The position numbers were made by a program, and so were the translations under genes. From an uncultured Acidobacteriaceae bacterium (GTDB taxonomy: Bacteria; Acidobacteriota; Terriglobia; Terriglobales; Acidobacteriaceae), in the NCBI GenBank assembly GCA_963768645.1, contig CAVYIR010000011.1, positions 87,980 to 151,979 on the forward strand: a stretch of DNA of 64,000 nucleotides, written 5' to 3'. Shown in pieces: positions 10,037-21,339 of the stretch. A model generated the notes under the pieces. That model was not told the DNA's origin. It ran no database searches and saw only the letters and a list, made by a program, of their open reading frames with translations. Position 1 is the first letter of the stretch. Each line of letters begins with the position of its first letter.

Positions 10037-10792
10037 TCACTCTTTGCGTTTCTTCCGCAAGGTCCTGCGAAAACGGTACGACTCCGAACCGGTTTCGATA
10101 ATGTGGGCCTGATCGGTAAGCCGATCGAGCACCGCCTTGCACAGCCGCGCATTGGTAAAGACCTGCGGCCACTCGGAGAACGGCAGGTTGGTGGTTACGA
10201 TAATGGCTGCTTTTTCCGCCCGCTCAGCGATGACCTGGAAGAGCAGTTCGGCGGCCACCTCGGCCAGCGGGACATAGCCCAGTTCATCGATCACAATCAG
10301 TTCCACCCGCGACCAGCGTGCCAGCATTCGGCTAAGGCTCTGTTCGCGTTGTGCCTCGACCAGTTGGTTGACCAGGGCGGCAGCGGTAGTAAAGCGCACG
10401 CGCCTCCGCTGGCGGCAGGCGGCGATGGCTAGGCCAGTGGCCAGATGGGTTTTTCCGGTGCCCGGTTCTCCGACCAGAAGCACGGGTTCGGAACGTTGCA
10501 GATAGCCGCCTTCGGCCAGGGTCCGAATACGCGAGGCCGGGATGTGTGGCGACTGGGCAAAGTCGAACTCCTCCAGCGTCTTCATCCGCGGCAGGCGCGC
10601 ATCCTTGAGCCGCAGTTCGATCGAGCGCCGTTCGCGGTCCTCGACCTCGGCCTGGAGCAGGGCTTCAAGGTAATGGAGATGGGAGTGGTTCTTCTGCCTG
10701 GCTTCTTCGGCAAGGGATGCGAACTGAGCGCCGATGACGCCCAATCGCAGAGTCTGGCAGTGCTGCGCGATGCTGGCGGCTTCCATGCTCAT
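10037..10792 (-). CDS. istB: IS21-family helper ATPase IstB
   Basis: 251 aa with Walker [15 protein letters not shown] and Walker [11 protein letters not shown]. The start overlaps the istA stop (ATGA at 10789-10792). Confidence 0.95.
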   Translation of the reverse strand: MSMEAASIAQHCQTLRLGVIGAQFASLAEEARQKNHSHLHYLEALLQAEVEDRERRSIELRLKDARLPRMKTLEEFDFAQSPHIPASRIRTLAEGGYLQRSEPVLLVGEPGTGKTHLATGLAIAACRQRRRVRFTTAAALVNQLVEAQREQSLSRMLARWSRVELIVIDELGYVPLAEVAAELLFQVIAERAEKAAIIVTTNLPFSEWPQVFTNARLCKAVLDRLTDQAHIIETGSESYRFRRTLRKKRKE

Positions 10793-12333
10793 GCCGGCAC
10801 CTCGATCTCACACACACAGAGTAGTTGGTTATACTCGGCCATCGTCGGCAGCGGACGTTCGTAAGCAGCCAGTGCTCCGATGTCGATCGTCGTCGCGGCC
10901 GCGTGCTGAAGCTCGTCGCTCATGAGGAGATGACGGATGGCAGCCACATCCGTACAGCCCAACTCCATCGCTTGCGCTACCGCTGTTTCCAGCTTGGCGT
11001 AGCCGAACTCGCGGCCCATGCAGAGGAGCGCAACCATGGATCGCGTTCCACCCTGGCGTCCATGTTTCTCGTTCATCAACTCCCAGAGCTGGTCATAGCT
11101 TTCCGGCCAGCGGCCCTGTATTCGCCACTGCGCCAGCGGCTTCGATCCGCGCAACGCACCAGGCTTGCGTTCGAGCACTTCGAGATAGTGTTCCAGATCC
11201 AGGATCTGCTGCGCCCGCTCATAACTGCGCTCGTGCTGCGCGATCCGCACACCGTCTTGCCGGAACTCCACCACGCTGGAGTAGACGCGAGCCTCGACCA
11301 CGGAGCCTGCCTTCAGTGGCACCGAGTAGAAGTTGGTTCGCACCTTGGCACATCCCGCCTGATCGACGCGCGGGAAGCTGACTTCCGCTAACTCGAAGTC
11401 TTCCGCCGGGAGCGGCAACAAGTGTTGCTTCTCGGTCAGTAACAGCGCGCCGATACTCTCCCTGCGGCCCGATAAGATACGGCTCTCATCGTGGCGGCAG
11501 TCGGCCAGCAGCTTCGTGTTCAACTCAGCAAGATCGCTCGCCGCCGGTACCGGAACCCAGTGGTTGCGGCGGAAGTAGCCCACTTCGCCTTCCACCCCGC
11601 CCTTCTCGTGGCCTTCGCCGGGCGTGCAGAAATCGGCTTGATACTGCCAGTGCGAACGGAAGGCAATGAAGCGGGCCGTCAGCTCCCGCTCATAGCCGCG
11701 CAGTATCTTCTTTACTGCACTCGACAGGTTGTCGTAGCGAAGCCGGTGGAAAACGCCGCCGAAGTAATGGAACGCCAACTCGTGTGCTTCCAGAAACGCC
11801 TGCTGCGTGGCCCTCAGGTAGGCGCGATGATAGGCCGCTCCGCTAGCCATCGAACGAAGCGAAAACACCTGCAGCTTGACGCGCTCGCCATCCAAATCGG
11901 CATAGGCTTCATACCAATCAACCTGGGCTTCGACACCCCAGTCGTAGCTCTGCGGCACAAAGGTCTCGCGCCGGGCCAGCCCCAGCGCTTCTTTGCGCTG
12001 CGCCACATACTGCCGAACCGTGCGCTCAGCAGCCGTGCATCCGGGTACCTCTTGTCGAATGCGCTCCCATATCCGCTTCGCCGTGTGGCGCTGCTTACGC
12101 GGAGCCTTGCGATCCTCTTCCAGAATCGCGTCGATGAACTCGACCGCCGGAGCCATCTTCACCTGCGGCCGCTCCGTCTTCTTCCGCCGCACCGGTATCG
12201 CGCTCCGGATCGCCTCCCGCACCAATCGCCGATGCACCCGCAGCTTCCGCGATACGCCTTGAATCGTGCCTACCCCGAACTCATACTCCCGACGAATCTG
12301 CTCGAATAGTTCCACCTTGGCTCTCCAGTCCAA
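10789..12333 (-). CDS. istA: IS21-family transposase IstA
   Basis: 514 aa with an N-terminal HTH region, a DDE core (QVDWYEA..., [28 protein letters not shown]) and a C-terminal domain typical of IstA. Confidence 0.95.
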   Translation of the reverse strand: MDWRAKVELFEQIRREYEFGVGTIQGVSRKLRVHRRLVREAIRSAIPVRRKKTERPQVKMAPAVEFIDAILEEDRKAPRKQRHTAKRIWERIRQEVPGCTAAERTVRQYVAQRKEALGLARRETFVPQSYDWGVEAQVDWYEAYADLDGERVKLQVFSLRSMASGAAYHRAYLRATQQAFLEAHELAFHYFGGVFHRLRYDNLSSAVKKILRGYERELTARFIAFRSHWQYQADFCTPGEGHEKGGVEGEVGYFRRNHWVPVPAASDLAELNTKLLADCRHDESRILSGRRESIGALLLTEKQHLLPLPAEDFELAEVSFPRVDQAGCAKVRTNFYSVPLKAGSVVEARVYSSVVEFRQDGVRIAQHERSYERAQQILDLEHYLEVLERKPGALRGSKPLAQWRIQGRWPESYDQLWELMNEKHGRQGGTRSMVALLCMGREFGYAKLETAVAQAMELGCTDVAAIRHLLMSDELQHAAATTIDIGALAAYERPLPTMAEYNQLLCVCEIEVPA

Positions 12334-12793
12334 CCCCCGCCTCCAGATACAAGCTCACGCTCAAATCCAGAGTAGAAGTTTGCTGTGCCGAGGTGGGCCA
12401 AAACAAACCGCCGAAGTGGACCACTTCAGATTGCCAAAATCACCAGCCGGAGCATCGGGAGATGACCCACCCTCACCGTAGTGGTAATCCCGTTGTGAAG
12501 AAGAACTCGCGCTACCCCAGTATTCGGAGCTGAGCTAGACTAACATCTCTTTCGGAGGCCTTTTTTTCAACACCCACTTTTATTCTCAGCAATCGGCCGA
12601 GTGCTAATAAATTGACACTGAACACTCTGCGAGCAGCGAAGTTGGACGAGCGCTTCAGCCCATCTAAGGAGGGAGCCTGCCAATCACAGTAGAACGAAAA
12701 AGCGGGGGTTCAACAAGGCCTCCTGAGGGTTCTTTTGCACTCTTCCTAGGGCGATCCGTGCCTGTAATTTCTATAACTTACGAGCCATGATTT

Positions 12794-12839
12794 CCCTTTC
12801 ACGGCGGTAACACGGGTTCAAATCCCGTCGGGGACGCCA
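12794..12839 (+). tRNA. orphan 3' half of tRNA-Glu(UUC): anticodon loop to CCA, with no 5' half
   Basis: CC-CTTTCAC-GGCGG-TAAC-ACGGG-TTCAAAT-CCCGT-CGGGGAC-G-CCA aligns position by position with E. coli tRNA-Glu from the anticodon loop to the CCA end. The upstream sequence (gccatgatttcc) cannot form the anticodon 5' stem, D-arm or acceptor 5' strand (GTCCCCG absent). Confidence 0.75.
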
Positions 12840-13041
12840 ACAATTCAATGCCTTATCGGCGTCCGGCCGTTCTTCCCACAACATTCCACAACGATCATGC
12901 ATGACCTCACTTGCTCGTGCGCATGATCAGGTTCGCCAGTTGCTCCTGCGCCAGCCGCCTCGGTTGTTCCGGTGCCTGAGTGTAACCGTCCGGCCAGAAC
13001 CGCAAGAAGCCTCGTGGCCAAGGCAATTCCGCAATGCAAGC

Positions 13042-15572
13042 TCAGAAGGTTTTCAAAAATTCAATGAGTGCCCGTTTGTCTTGATCCGTCAGTCCCGGTT
13101 CTCCGGGAAGCAAATCTGTTCCAAAATAGTGGCCACGGTTGACCACGAAGTCAGGACATTTGCTATACGTCATGAGCTTTGGCACTAAGTTGGACAATGC
13201 TTTCCTCGCGTCTTCATCGGTCGCATTGGCTGGCAGCGATTCCAAGTCGTGCTTAAGCTGCAACAGCAGCGTTAATGCTGCGGGATCGTTCCGGATTTTT
13301 TCCATGTCAATGCTGGCCAGCAGGTTGACGGGCGTCCCGGCAGGAATGGGGCCAATCTGAACTCCACCTTCCCCGAAAAACATCGGAAACCATCGATAAC
13401 CGAAGCCCACGAGCGGGCGCAGTTCATCGGGGAGAAAGCCGGTCGATATTCTCAAGTAGCTCTTTTCCGTGGTTCGATCAATTAGGCTGGGACCGTGAAT
13501 CTTATTTCCCAGCACAGGATCTTTGTCTCTTTTTTCCGGCCAAAGCATCTTCTCAATCGAATCGTTGAAGCTCTTCATCCTGTTGTCGACTGATGGGCTG
13601 GGATTATAAATGTCTTTTCCGGTCTGAGAATATCCGGATAATCCCGGGTCGAGGTCTCCCACGGTGTTGTTTAGCAGGAAGGGAGCTGTGGACCATAGGC
13701 TCACCAGAGATGCCGGCCGAGTATAGCCCCTGCCACCAGCCGGCATTTGGTATTCCTTCTCTTCTCCGGTGAGAGGATCGTGGACTTTGATCGGGCCCAC
13801 CGACGGCAGGTCCTTATAAGTGCGTGAGGAGAAGTTGTCCCAGATATTGTCCTCGATGGCGTTGGTCGCAAGAGGACTGCACGCATTGGTTTGGAGCAGC
13901 GTCACCGGGACCCGCAGCTCGGATGACAAGAAATTGTCCTTTAGGAAATCGTCCTTCAGCACAATCTCCCGCATCTTCTTTTTGTAATCGTCGGTCTCGG
14001 TCCAGGCCCAATACTTGTTCCAGCAATCCAGATAATGAGCTCCGGAGCAGCCCCCGGGATCCACGCCCTGAGCGGGAACCGGTGCCTTGCTGGAATGGCA
14101 GCGTGCGCACCGCTCCGCAAAGACGACCTTTCCCTGGTTCAGCATGGCATGGTCATTCGTCAGATACTTATCTCCTCCCGGTGCATCCTTCAAATAATGA
14201 GGGTCCGTGCTTTTCAGGAAGAACAAGGCCATATTCATGGTCTGCTGTTCGGTCGCTTGCCAATAGACGGAGTTTTCCCGTGCAACTGCTATTTCGATCG
14301 GCGAGACCTTTTTCCTCCGATCAGCGCGTTGAAATGCAGCAGCCACTCTTCGCTGAACAATCCAATGTTCAGATAAACGCGGTTGAGCGCTCCGAGTGCA
14401 CCCACCGAATCCGCCCCGTCCTTCAGAACACGCGGCGACCATACTGTCTGACTACTCTTGTCATAAAACTGCGTGAACATCGGATCTTGAGTGAAGTCAT
14501 TGAACTGCTTGTTGTTTTCGTCGCCGCCTTTGAGCTTTTCTTCTCCCCACCGTTTTGCTTCCAAGAGCCGGGGCAAGAGTTGATAAACCGCATTCATCGT
14601 GCGCGGATTATTGATGTTGTCTGTGGAGACCAGCGAGGTGTCCAGAGATCCGGCGCGGGAAGTATGAAACACCTGCCATGGAAAACCACTGTGATCGTTG
14701 TCAAACGTAAAGATGCGATCAATCCAGAAATATTGTGCTCCGACGTTGGAACTCAAATTCTCCCATTTTGGATTTTCCGGGTCAGCAGGCGGGTTGAGTG
14801 GATTTGGACCTACATGACAAAAGCCGCAGGACATTCCAACACGATAAGGTTTTATTAGGTCCTTGGAGTTGTAATAGCTGGGATCGGAATAGTACCGCTC
14901 CGGGTCCCACTTTTTGGATGCTTTTTCATCGAAATCCGGATTTGGAAATAGGCGTAGGCCTACAATTCCCGTCGCATAGCCGTAATAAGAACCCACTGGG
15001 ATGTTGTTGCCACGTGCACCAATCTTGACTCCAGGATACTTCTGCTCGTCCTCGAATGGGTCTGGAGGACAATCGGCACGGCGCTGGTCCAGCCACAAGC
15101 CAAAACGCTTTGGATCCGGCCCGGTGGCTTTCTCAAAACATGGCTCGTTAACCAGCCCCATCCAAGACCAGCGATTATCGCGGCTGCCTTTCAGTTTGGG
15201 ATGGGAAGAAATGGTCTTCAGCAAGTCCAGATTGCCGACGCTAAGTGTGGAGAGAGCATCCCACAGGCGGTCATCGCCGCCTGTCCACACGATCCACATG
15301 TTACGGCCTTTAATTTCAGCTGGGTTCAGGTCGAGGGGATGGACCTTTTGCTTCTGCTTCGCATCCGCGGCCTGATCCATGTCGTGGAAATAATCTTCAT
15401 CGGCCGGGGGAAAGGAATCTACACTGCGGCCCGCCCGGAGGGCCTCATCCTGGACATGTCCAGGCTCGGGGTGCTTGCTGCAACCGTTTATGGTCAGCAA
15501 CGAAAGGATCACGAACAACGCCAAAAGGAGCGCAACACGCGAACTCTTGCAGGTCATTTTTTCCCCTTTCAA
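13042..15572 (-). pseudogene. large dihaem cytochrome c lipoprotein, single frameshift
   Basis: ORFs 14289-15572 and 13042-14442 overlap and continue one another: ...EEWLLHFNALIGGK then VSPIEIAVARENSVYWQ... The switch is at a T5 run on the plus strand (14309-14313). Lipobox LLTINGC at the N-terminus; CxxCH motifs MSCGFCHVGPNP and CARCHSS. Confidence 0.75.
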
Positions 15573-15586
15573 ATACGAGTTCCGGT

Positions 15587-18500
15587 TTATTGCTGCTGGT
15601 CAATGGGAACGCCTTCACGCCCGTGCACCAGGTCATCAAAGCAGTCGCGAAACGGTTGTCCATAGTTCTGTTTCTGCAATTCCCAAACGTCCTTCATGCC
15701 CGGCTGTCTGGCCCAATAACGTAATGAGACGCTTCCAGCCCGTCGTGGCCGGATGGTTCCATTTACTTGCACTTGCAAAGTCAAGATCGATAAAAACTTC
15801 TTCAATAAGTTGCAGCAATTGAAGATGAAAGAAAAACATGCACCTCTGCTCGCCGGACGCATGAGCTTCAGTCGGAAGATTCTGTATGACAACGCTGTCC
15901 AAGTCGGGAGATTTCGCCAACTCGCCTAGCATTTTCGTATATGCCTCGCCGTGGCGCGCGAACGCTCCTTCAGGAGCTCGAGGGCGGCAAGAGCCATAGC
16001 GACTCCAGACGTTGAAAGATGCTCTGCAGATTGCCTACGGCTTCGGGCCCAATATGGTCGAACGCAGTCCGTGCGACGTGCAATCCGAGCCTGCGATAGC
16101 TTTCAAACTGGGATTCCGAGAAGAACTGGTCGGCCGTAGACTGCTGAGGGAATGCAGGATTCTCGCGCCGGTACTCTTCAACGTCGGACGGCTCGTCCCC
16201 AGTGATGCTTGCCTTCAGGTACAGGAGCCAGCCCGCGTCATCCTCTTCGCTTTCACACCTACCTTTATCAACGGTTTCTTGCTACTTTGTCGTTATAGTG
16301 GATGCGCCCCACCACGCAATGCGTGCGGCTGAAGTTCGTTTGCGGCGTCATCGGCCTGGGATCGATTTCGATCTCTACCCCAAAGTCTGCGCGGCACTTG
16401 CGAACAGCACCCCCAAGCGATTCAAAGCGGTAGTTGGTATCTTCCTCACCATCGATCACGATGATGTAACGACATCTTCTACGCACTAACTCATACACTC
16501 CCAAGATTTTCAAAATGGCCGCCGTCGGAGAGATTGATGAAACTTGAGCCCTCATCTACAAAGCCAAACAACTCGCGCACCAGCCAAAATAATGAAAAAG
16601 TCGGGCCCGCCTTGGTAAAGCTTTTGGGTTTGGTAGGATTTCCCAGCCACCATCCCAGCCGCACATTGAAAAGCGTGAGTAGGAAAGCGGTTTGCGGTGA
16701 ACTATGGAAGCCCATGTTGGGATTTACTGCTGCGCCCGATATGGCTGTCGCGGTGCCGAGGTCGAGACCCTGGCCGAGAATTACTGGAGTCGGCATAACA
16801 GGGCATTGAGATGTGGATCCCTTGCTTCCTGTCCTCGTCGGAACGCGCGGGATAGAATCCGGAATACGAGGGGAGAGAAAAACCACGGCAGTGCCTTGCG
16901 CTCCTGGGTCGCGAGTTCCATGCCTGCGGTGACCGTCAGGGTGGCGTTGACAATTGGATAGGGCACGCGTGCACGCTTTGTGGCGTCCTCTTTAAACCTG
17001 AGAGTAGAAAGCTTGATGTCGTCCTTGGGATCGAAACCCGTAAAGGCATCGGCCATCCTGCGCTTTACGGCGCTGGCGCCGAGATAACAACGCACTAGAC
17101 GGTTCTTATAAAAATGGTGCATGGAGAACTCATTAATGTTTACCCGCGACGAAAGCACCAGGAAAATGATAATTAGGAATATCAGCAAAGCTAGCGGGTA
17201 ACGCCAGTCGAAGGTGCTGAAAGGCAGCGCATCCCAGTATTGCGCGCGAAAATTGTCCAGAAAACCACCCCTTACATTCCAGGGAATGGGGTGTAGCAAC
17301 AACTGGGTACCGAGACGCCACGACAGCCAGAAATCCCGGCACAGCTAACAAAGGACCATAACGAGCCACTAAATCGATGGTCGAGCTCTGCTTCTGCTGC
17401 TGGTCCTTCTTCAAGGCTCCGCTCTTCGAACTCTTGCCGGCCAGGACGCTCATGATCGTGCTCAGCAACCAAGCTCCAGTGCCCGAGGCAAGCCACCAGT
17501 GCTTGCCCACAGCGCACAGTTTCGCGATTCCCAGCGGCGCAAATACGCCAGCGCGAAAAGCGCCGCCCAAATGCCTAGATAGGTCAAAAGAGAGCGCCTA
17601 ACCGCGCCAGCCATTCGCGGCTTGCATCAGGGAAGTCCCGTCCCATCAGCCCAATGTGCAACCCGACTGCAACAATCAGCGCAAACAAGTAAAGAGGTGG
17701 CGCCCAGGCAATCACCAAGCTGGCTGCCAAAGGCGTCCGACGGCTTCCAGAGCTCGCATAAGTACCAGACAGCCACAACCAGCCCGAGCAGAACGGAAGC
17801 TGTCACAAAGGACATCCAGAACACGTGCAGCCAAGGTACCCAAGGCCGAACTGGATCGCCAACCGCTTTTCGCTGCTTCACATAGCAACTACAGAAACCT
17901 CCGCCCAGCTGCAGCACGTGCACCAACCCAAAGAGCGCAATAAATCCCAATATCAAACCCTTCCCAAGATCAGTCGCCTTCTGGTTTGCCGATAGGGCAA
18001 AAACCAGGAGCAAGAACCGGATGAAGAGCGGCGTAGCAATCCAGGAGCCAATATGTTGCTTTATGACCGGCTGAGCGCCAGAAGACGGAGACGGGGTCGA
18101 ATTCGCGATTCGCTATTTTGCGAAGGTTGCCTCCGATCTGATAGGACAGCAATAGCAGCGATAGGCGAGCACACGCGACCAACATTGCTTCTGCAGAGTC
18201 CGGCATAGTGTCCGTTGCCATGTGGCGGACTGCAGCCCCAGGTGCAAGCAGAACGATAATAAAGCCATCAGCGCCGAGATGATGATGGTCTGATTCAACA
18301 CCATATTGCGAAACCAGATCACAGGTATCACCGAGAGCATCCAGCGATAGGCCGTTTCGCGGGGCAAGATAGTTACTGTACTTCCGCAGGAAGGTGATCG
18401 GGTCTTTTTCGGCCAGGTCGGGCGTGCGCTGTGGGTCCAGCAGCTCTCTCGTAGTTCCGGCTGACGAGCAGCCAGCCCCTGCAGCCACGCGCCAATATAA

Positions 18501-18806
18501 CCTCCTCCCGAGACAGTGGAGATATAGTCGGCCTTCGATAGCAGCTTTTTTTCTACTAATCCTTGCAAAATGCCCAGCGCAAAGGTGGCACTGCGGATGC
18601 CGCCACCGGAGATGGAAACTCCAAACAACTTCTTCTCATGGCAGTGCTTAATCCACTTGTCCGGATCGAGCGGGTTATGGTTTGGGCGCGCCTCGCCGCC
18701 GTGAAATCTCTTCCAGCTCGGCAACAACTACTTCGCCGATGCCCGCCCTCGGGGGTATACGAAGCGGCATTCCAGCCGGATTTTCATCTACAGAAGTGGT
18801 ATTCAT
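15587..18806 (-). pseudogene. large membrane-spanning patatin-like phospholipase gene, heavily frameshifted
   Basis: About a dozen overlapping minus-strand ORF pieces tile one ~1070-codon gene. They read MNTTSVDENP... (ATG 18806), the oxyanion/nucleophile region GVSISGGGIRSATF...STVSGGGYIGAW, TM segments, NEFSMHHFYKNRLVRCYLGAS, the catalytic Asp region LSDGGHFENLG, and IIVIDGEEDTNYRFESLGGAVRKC, ending ...DLVHGREGVPIDQQQ* at 15587. There are at least nine frame switches. Confidence 0.8.
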
Positions 18807-18823
18807 ACTCAAGTTCCGAGTTA

Positions 18824-20719
18824 TTACTTCCGCTGTGCGTCCTCAGTGATTACATCGGAGGCCTTTTCGCTGATCATGTAGACCGCGGAAACAATGAAGT
18901 AGCCCGGAATCCGGGGAAAGACTGACGCATCCACTACGCGCAAGCCTTTTGTTCCGCGGACGCGGAACCGGCTATCGAGAACCGCCATGGGGTCATCCTC
19001 GGAGCCAATCTTGTTAGTACACGAGGCATGATGGCCCCATGCTTCGTTTTGAATGAATTTCCTTAGTTTATCGGGGGTGTCAACACTTGGTCCGGGTATC
19101 TCCTCCTCGCCGATCAGTTCGCGCAACGCGCTGTTCATCTTGCGAACGAAGTCCACACCTTGAACCACCGCATCTAAGTCCGCACCGGTCGAATCATTGC
19201 CCTCATCGAAGTAGTGAAATTCAATCAGCGGAGTGTCACGTGGGTCTGCCGACCGCAGGCTCACGCGTCCTGCGGTGTTGTTGGTGTGCGCCTTTAGGAT
19301 GGCCCAGGTGAAGCGGTTGTGAAAACGCTCGAATTCCTTCGAATAGCCAGGTACGTAGCCTCTGAAGAATCCGGGCAGTGCAAAAATATATAGATCCGGA
19401 TCCGGTTTCTCGCGACTGGATTTCTTAATGACACCGATTAGAGCACCGTTGGAGGCGTAAATACCGCCTCCCTTCTCCCACATCTGGAAAAATTCGTCCA
19501 GCGGGCCGCCGGCTTGCGGCGGCGCGAAAGTAGCCCCACTGAGCAGACTGAATGGCTTCTTCCATTCCGATACAACTCCAACTTCGTACCGGTCTTGCAG
19601 GTTGGCTCCCACGCCGGGCAGGTCAACAATTACCGGCAAACCCAAGCTTTTGAGATGCTGAGCCGGACCCACACCCGAGAGCATCAGCAATTGCGGACTG
19701 TTGAAGGCTCCGCCAGCAATGATCACCTCCCGCGCCGTCGCCTGCCTAAGAGGAGGTGCCGGGCTGCCTGGCGTTGCGTTCGGACTGGCTTTGTAGAGCG
19801 CCGGACCTTCCATGAACTCCACGCCGATGGCTTGGGAGCCTTCGAACAAAACGCGAGTAGCCAGCACGTTCATTTGGATGGTGAGAGTGTTGGGATACTT
19901 CTCTTTCGTCCTGAGCAGGTACTCTCGCGGTCCGTTACGCTTGCCTTTGTCTACAGCCAGTGGAGTGAAGGATATTCCTTCGGGGCTATAGCGCCGGTTT
20001 CGATAATCGTTCGGATCAAAGCCGGTTATCAGCCGCAAAATTGGATTTCCAATTTCCGCTTCCAGAGCCGCTTTGATGCCGTTCAGCAGGGAAATAACGA
20101 TCTCTTTGTCTCCTAATGCCAGACGCGGGTCGGCCTCACTGGTCGTAAGCCATCCATCAAAGCCGTGACCGTGGTGGAGGTCTTTCCAGTCATCATGGCC
20201 CTTCAGAAACTCGGTTATTGCGGAGAAAGCAGCTTCGCCATCATAAGGTAAAGATCCAGGCCGCGGAACGTAAGTACAGTTCTCCAGCCGCTCGAAGTAA
20301 CTGTTCATTTTGTCCGCATTCCACGAGGCATCGCCGGTAATCTGGGCGATGTAGTTCCAATCGCTATCCTGCGGGAGCACCGTGATCATGGCATTGTGAG
20401 CGGTGCAGCCTCCAAGGGTCCCGGCGCGTGGGTACCAGACGCCATTTCCGCTGGCAACAAATTTGGAGTCCAGTCTCTGCTGGGCATCATCGGAATAATG
20501 CCGCACAAAGAAGTTCCATGCACACTTGTTGTATTCAGTGGAAAGACCGTGAAAAATTGGGACCTCATACATGTAACGCCCTTCGTCGTCTTGGGCGCAG
20601 GGATCACCGCCTGCCTCCATGACCATGACCCTGAAACCTGCTCGCGCTAGGTTAGCCGCCAAGGGACCACCTCCCGCGCCCGATCCAATCACGATATAGT
20701 CAAAGTCCGTCTCGGCCAT
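18824..20719 (-). CDS. GMC-family FAD-dependent oxidoreductase
   Basis: FAD-binding fingerprint DFDYIVIGSGAGGGPLAANLARAG plus C-terminal GMC motifs (HHASCTNKIG, LRVVDASVFP). Start trimmed from 20893 to the Met at 20719 (MAETDFDY), which has a GGAGGAG ribosome-binding site just upstream. Confidence 0.9.
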   Translation of the reverse strand: MAETDFDYIVIGSGAGGGPLAANLARAGFRVMVMEAGGDPCAQDDEGRYMYEVPIFHGLSTEYNKCAWNFFVRHYSDDAQQRLDSKFVASGNGVWYPRAGTLGGCTAHNAMITVLPQDSDWNYIAQITGDASWNADKMNSYFERLENCTYVPRPGSLPYDGEAAFSAITEFLKGHDDWKDLHHGHGFDGWLTTSEADPRLALGDKEIVISLLNGIKAALEAEIGNPILRLITGFDPNDYRNRRYSPEGISFTPLAVDKGKRNGPREYLLRTKEKYPNTLTIQMNVLATRVLFEGSQAIGVEFMEGPALYKASPNATPGSPAPPLRQATAREVIIAGGAFNSPQLLMLSGVGPAQHLKSLGLPVIVDLPGVGANLQDRYEVGVVSEWKKPFSLLSGATFAPPQAGGPLDEFFQMWEKGGGIYASNGALIGVIKKSSREKPDPDLYIFALPGFFRGYVPGYSKEFERFHNRFTWAILKAHTNNTAGRVSLRSADPRDTPLIEFHYFDEGNDSTGADLDAVVQGVDFVRKMNSALRELIGEEEIPGPSVDTPDKLRKFIQNEAWGHHASCTNKIGSEDDPMAVLDSRFRVRGTKGLRVVDASVFPRIPGYFIVSAVYMISEKASDVITEDAQRK

Positions 20720-21339
20720 GTCACTCCTCCTTCGGCGACACCTACACCACGTCCCAACATCAGTAGCAGGGTCCCTTTTTGAGTGCAGACAACCAGATTG
20801 CAAACAGTTCCTGCGAGGGTTGCGCGAGAGCGCGTCACGAAAGCGCCAAATCGCTAGGAGCAAAATACCGGCGGGTAAAACCGCTGGTATCATATGACCT
20901 GTGCTTCTCAGCCCTCGTACTCTCGGTTGATCTAACGACGGAAGCGGGCGACCAGAGAAAGTAGTCGTTAGAAACCGGAATTTCTTTTTTGTTGACCTTT
21001 GAAAAAGGAGGCTATTGTACCCCCATAATCCCTGGTCGCGTCAACGGAAATTTTTTCAGCTGGATCGTCTCCCTACAACGTGGTTTGTATCAAGCGTGAA
21101 CGAACGCAGCATTCAATTTCTTCAGGAGCCAACCCCAAGCTCAAAGAACCGTTCAAGATAGCGGAATCAAATCGACCATTTGAGTCTCGTTGTTGGTGAC
21201 AAACAATTCGACGGCTGAAATTCGCCACGCCCATCTCCTCAAACGCTTCCTGCGATTGCTGTTTGAACTGAATACACTCCTTGACCCCGTCCGAAGCCGC
21301 TGATAGAATTCCGGCTCTTCCGGAAATCGTGGAGGTTTT

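Larger units (their letters stand above)
9890..12442 (-). mobile_element. IS21-family insertion sequence (istA-istB), apparently intact
   Basis: Left end TGCTTTTGGCAAGTTGGTTTGGCCCACTTCGGTGGTTT matches the reverse complement of the right end, TGATTTTGGCAATCTGAAGTGGTCCACTTCGGCGGTTT. Termini are TG...CA. A 5-bp direct repeat CCAGC lies at 9885-9889 and 12443-12447. Confidence 0.85.

Noticed and set aside
12794-12839. The T-arm plus CCA end could be the 3' end of a tmRNA (ssrA), with a possible tag ORF ending TAATAA near 12615, perhaps split by the IS21 element.
   Set aside because: The acceptor strand CGGGGAC with discriminator G cannot give the G3:U70 alanine identity pair. The anticodon-loop, stem and variable region match tRNA-Glu almost base for base. 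The candidate tag frames do not end in a typical ...AA tag.
20720-20893. The ORF track predicts a 58-codon N-terminal extension of the GMC oxidoreductase (and similar extensions on argH, argF, argB, the aminotransferase and the catalase-related gene).
   Set aside because: The extensions are Arg/Cys-rich and lack family similarity. Internal Met codons preceded by GGAGG-type sites coincide with the conserved N-termini or with overlaps of upstream stop codons.
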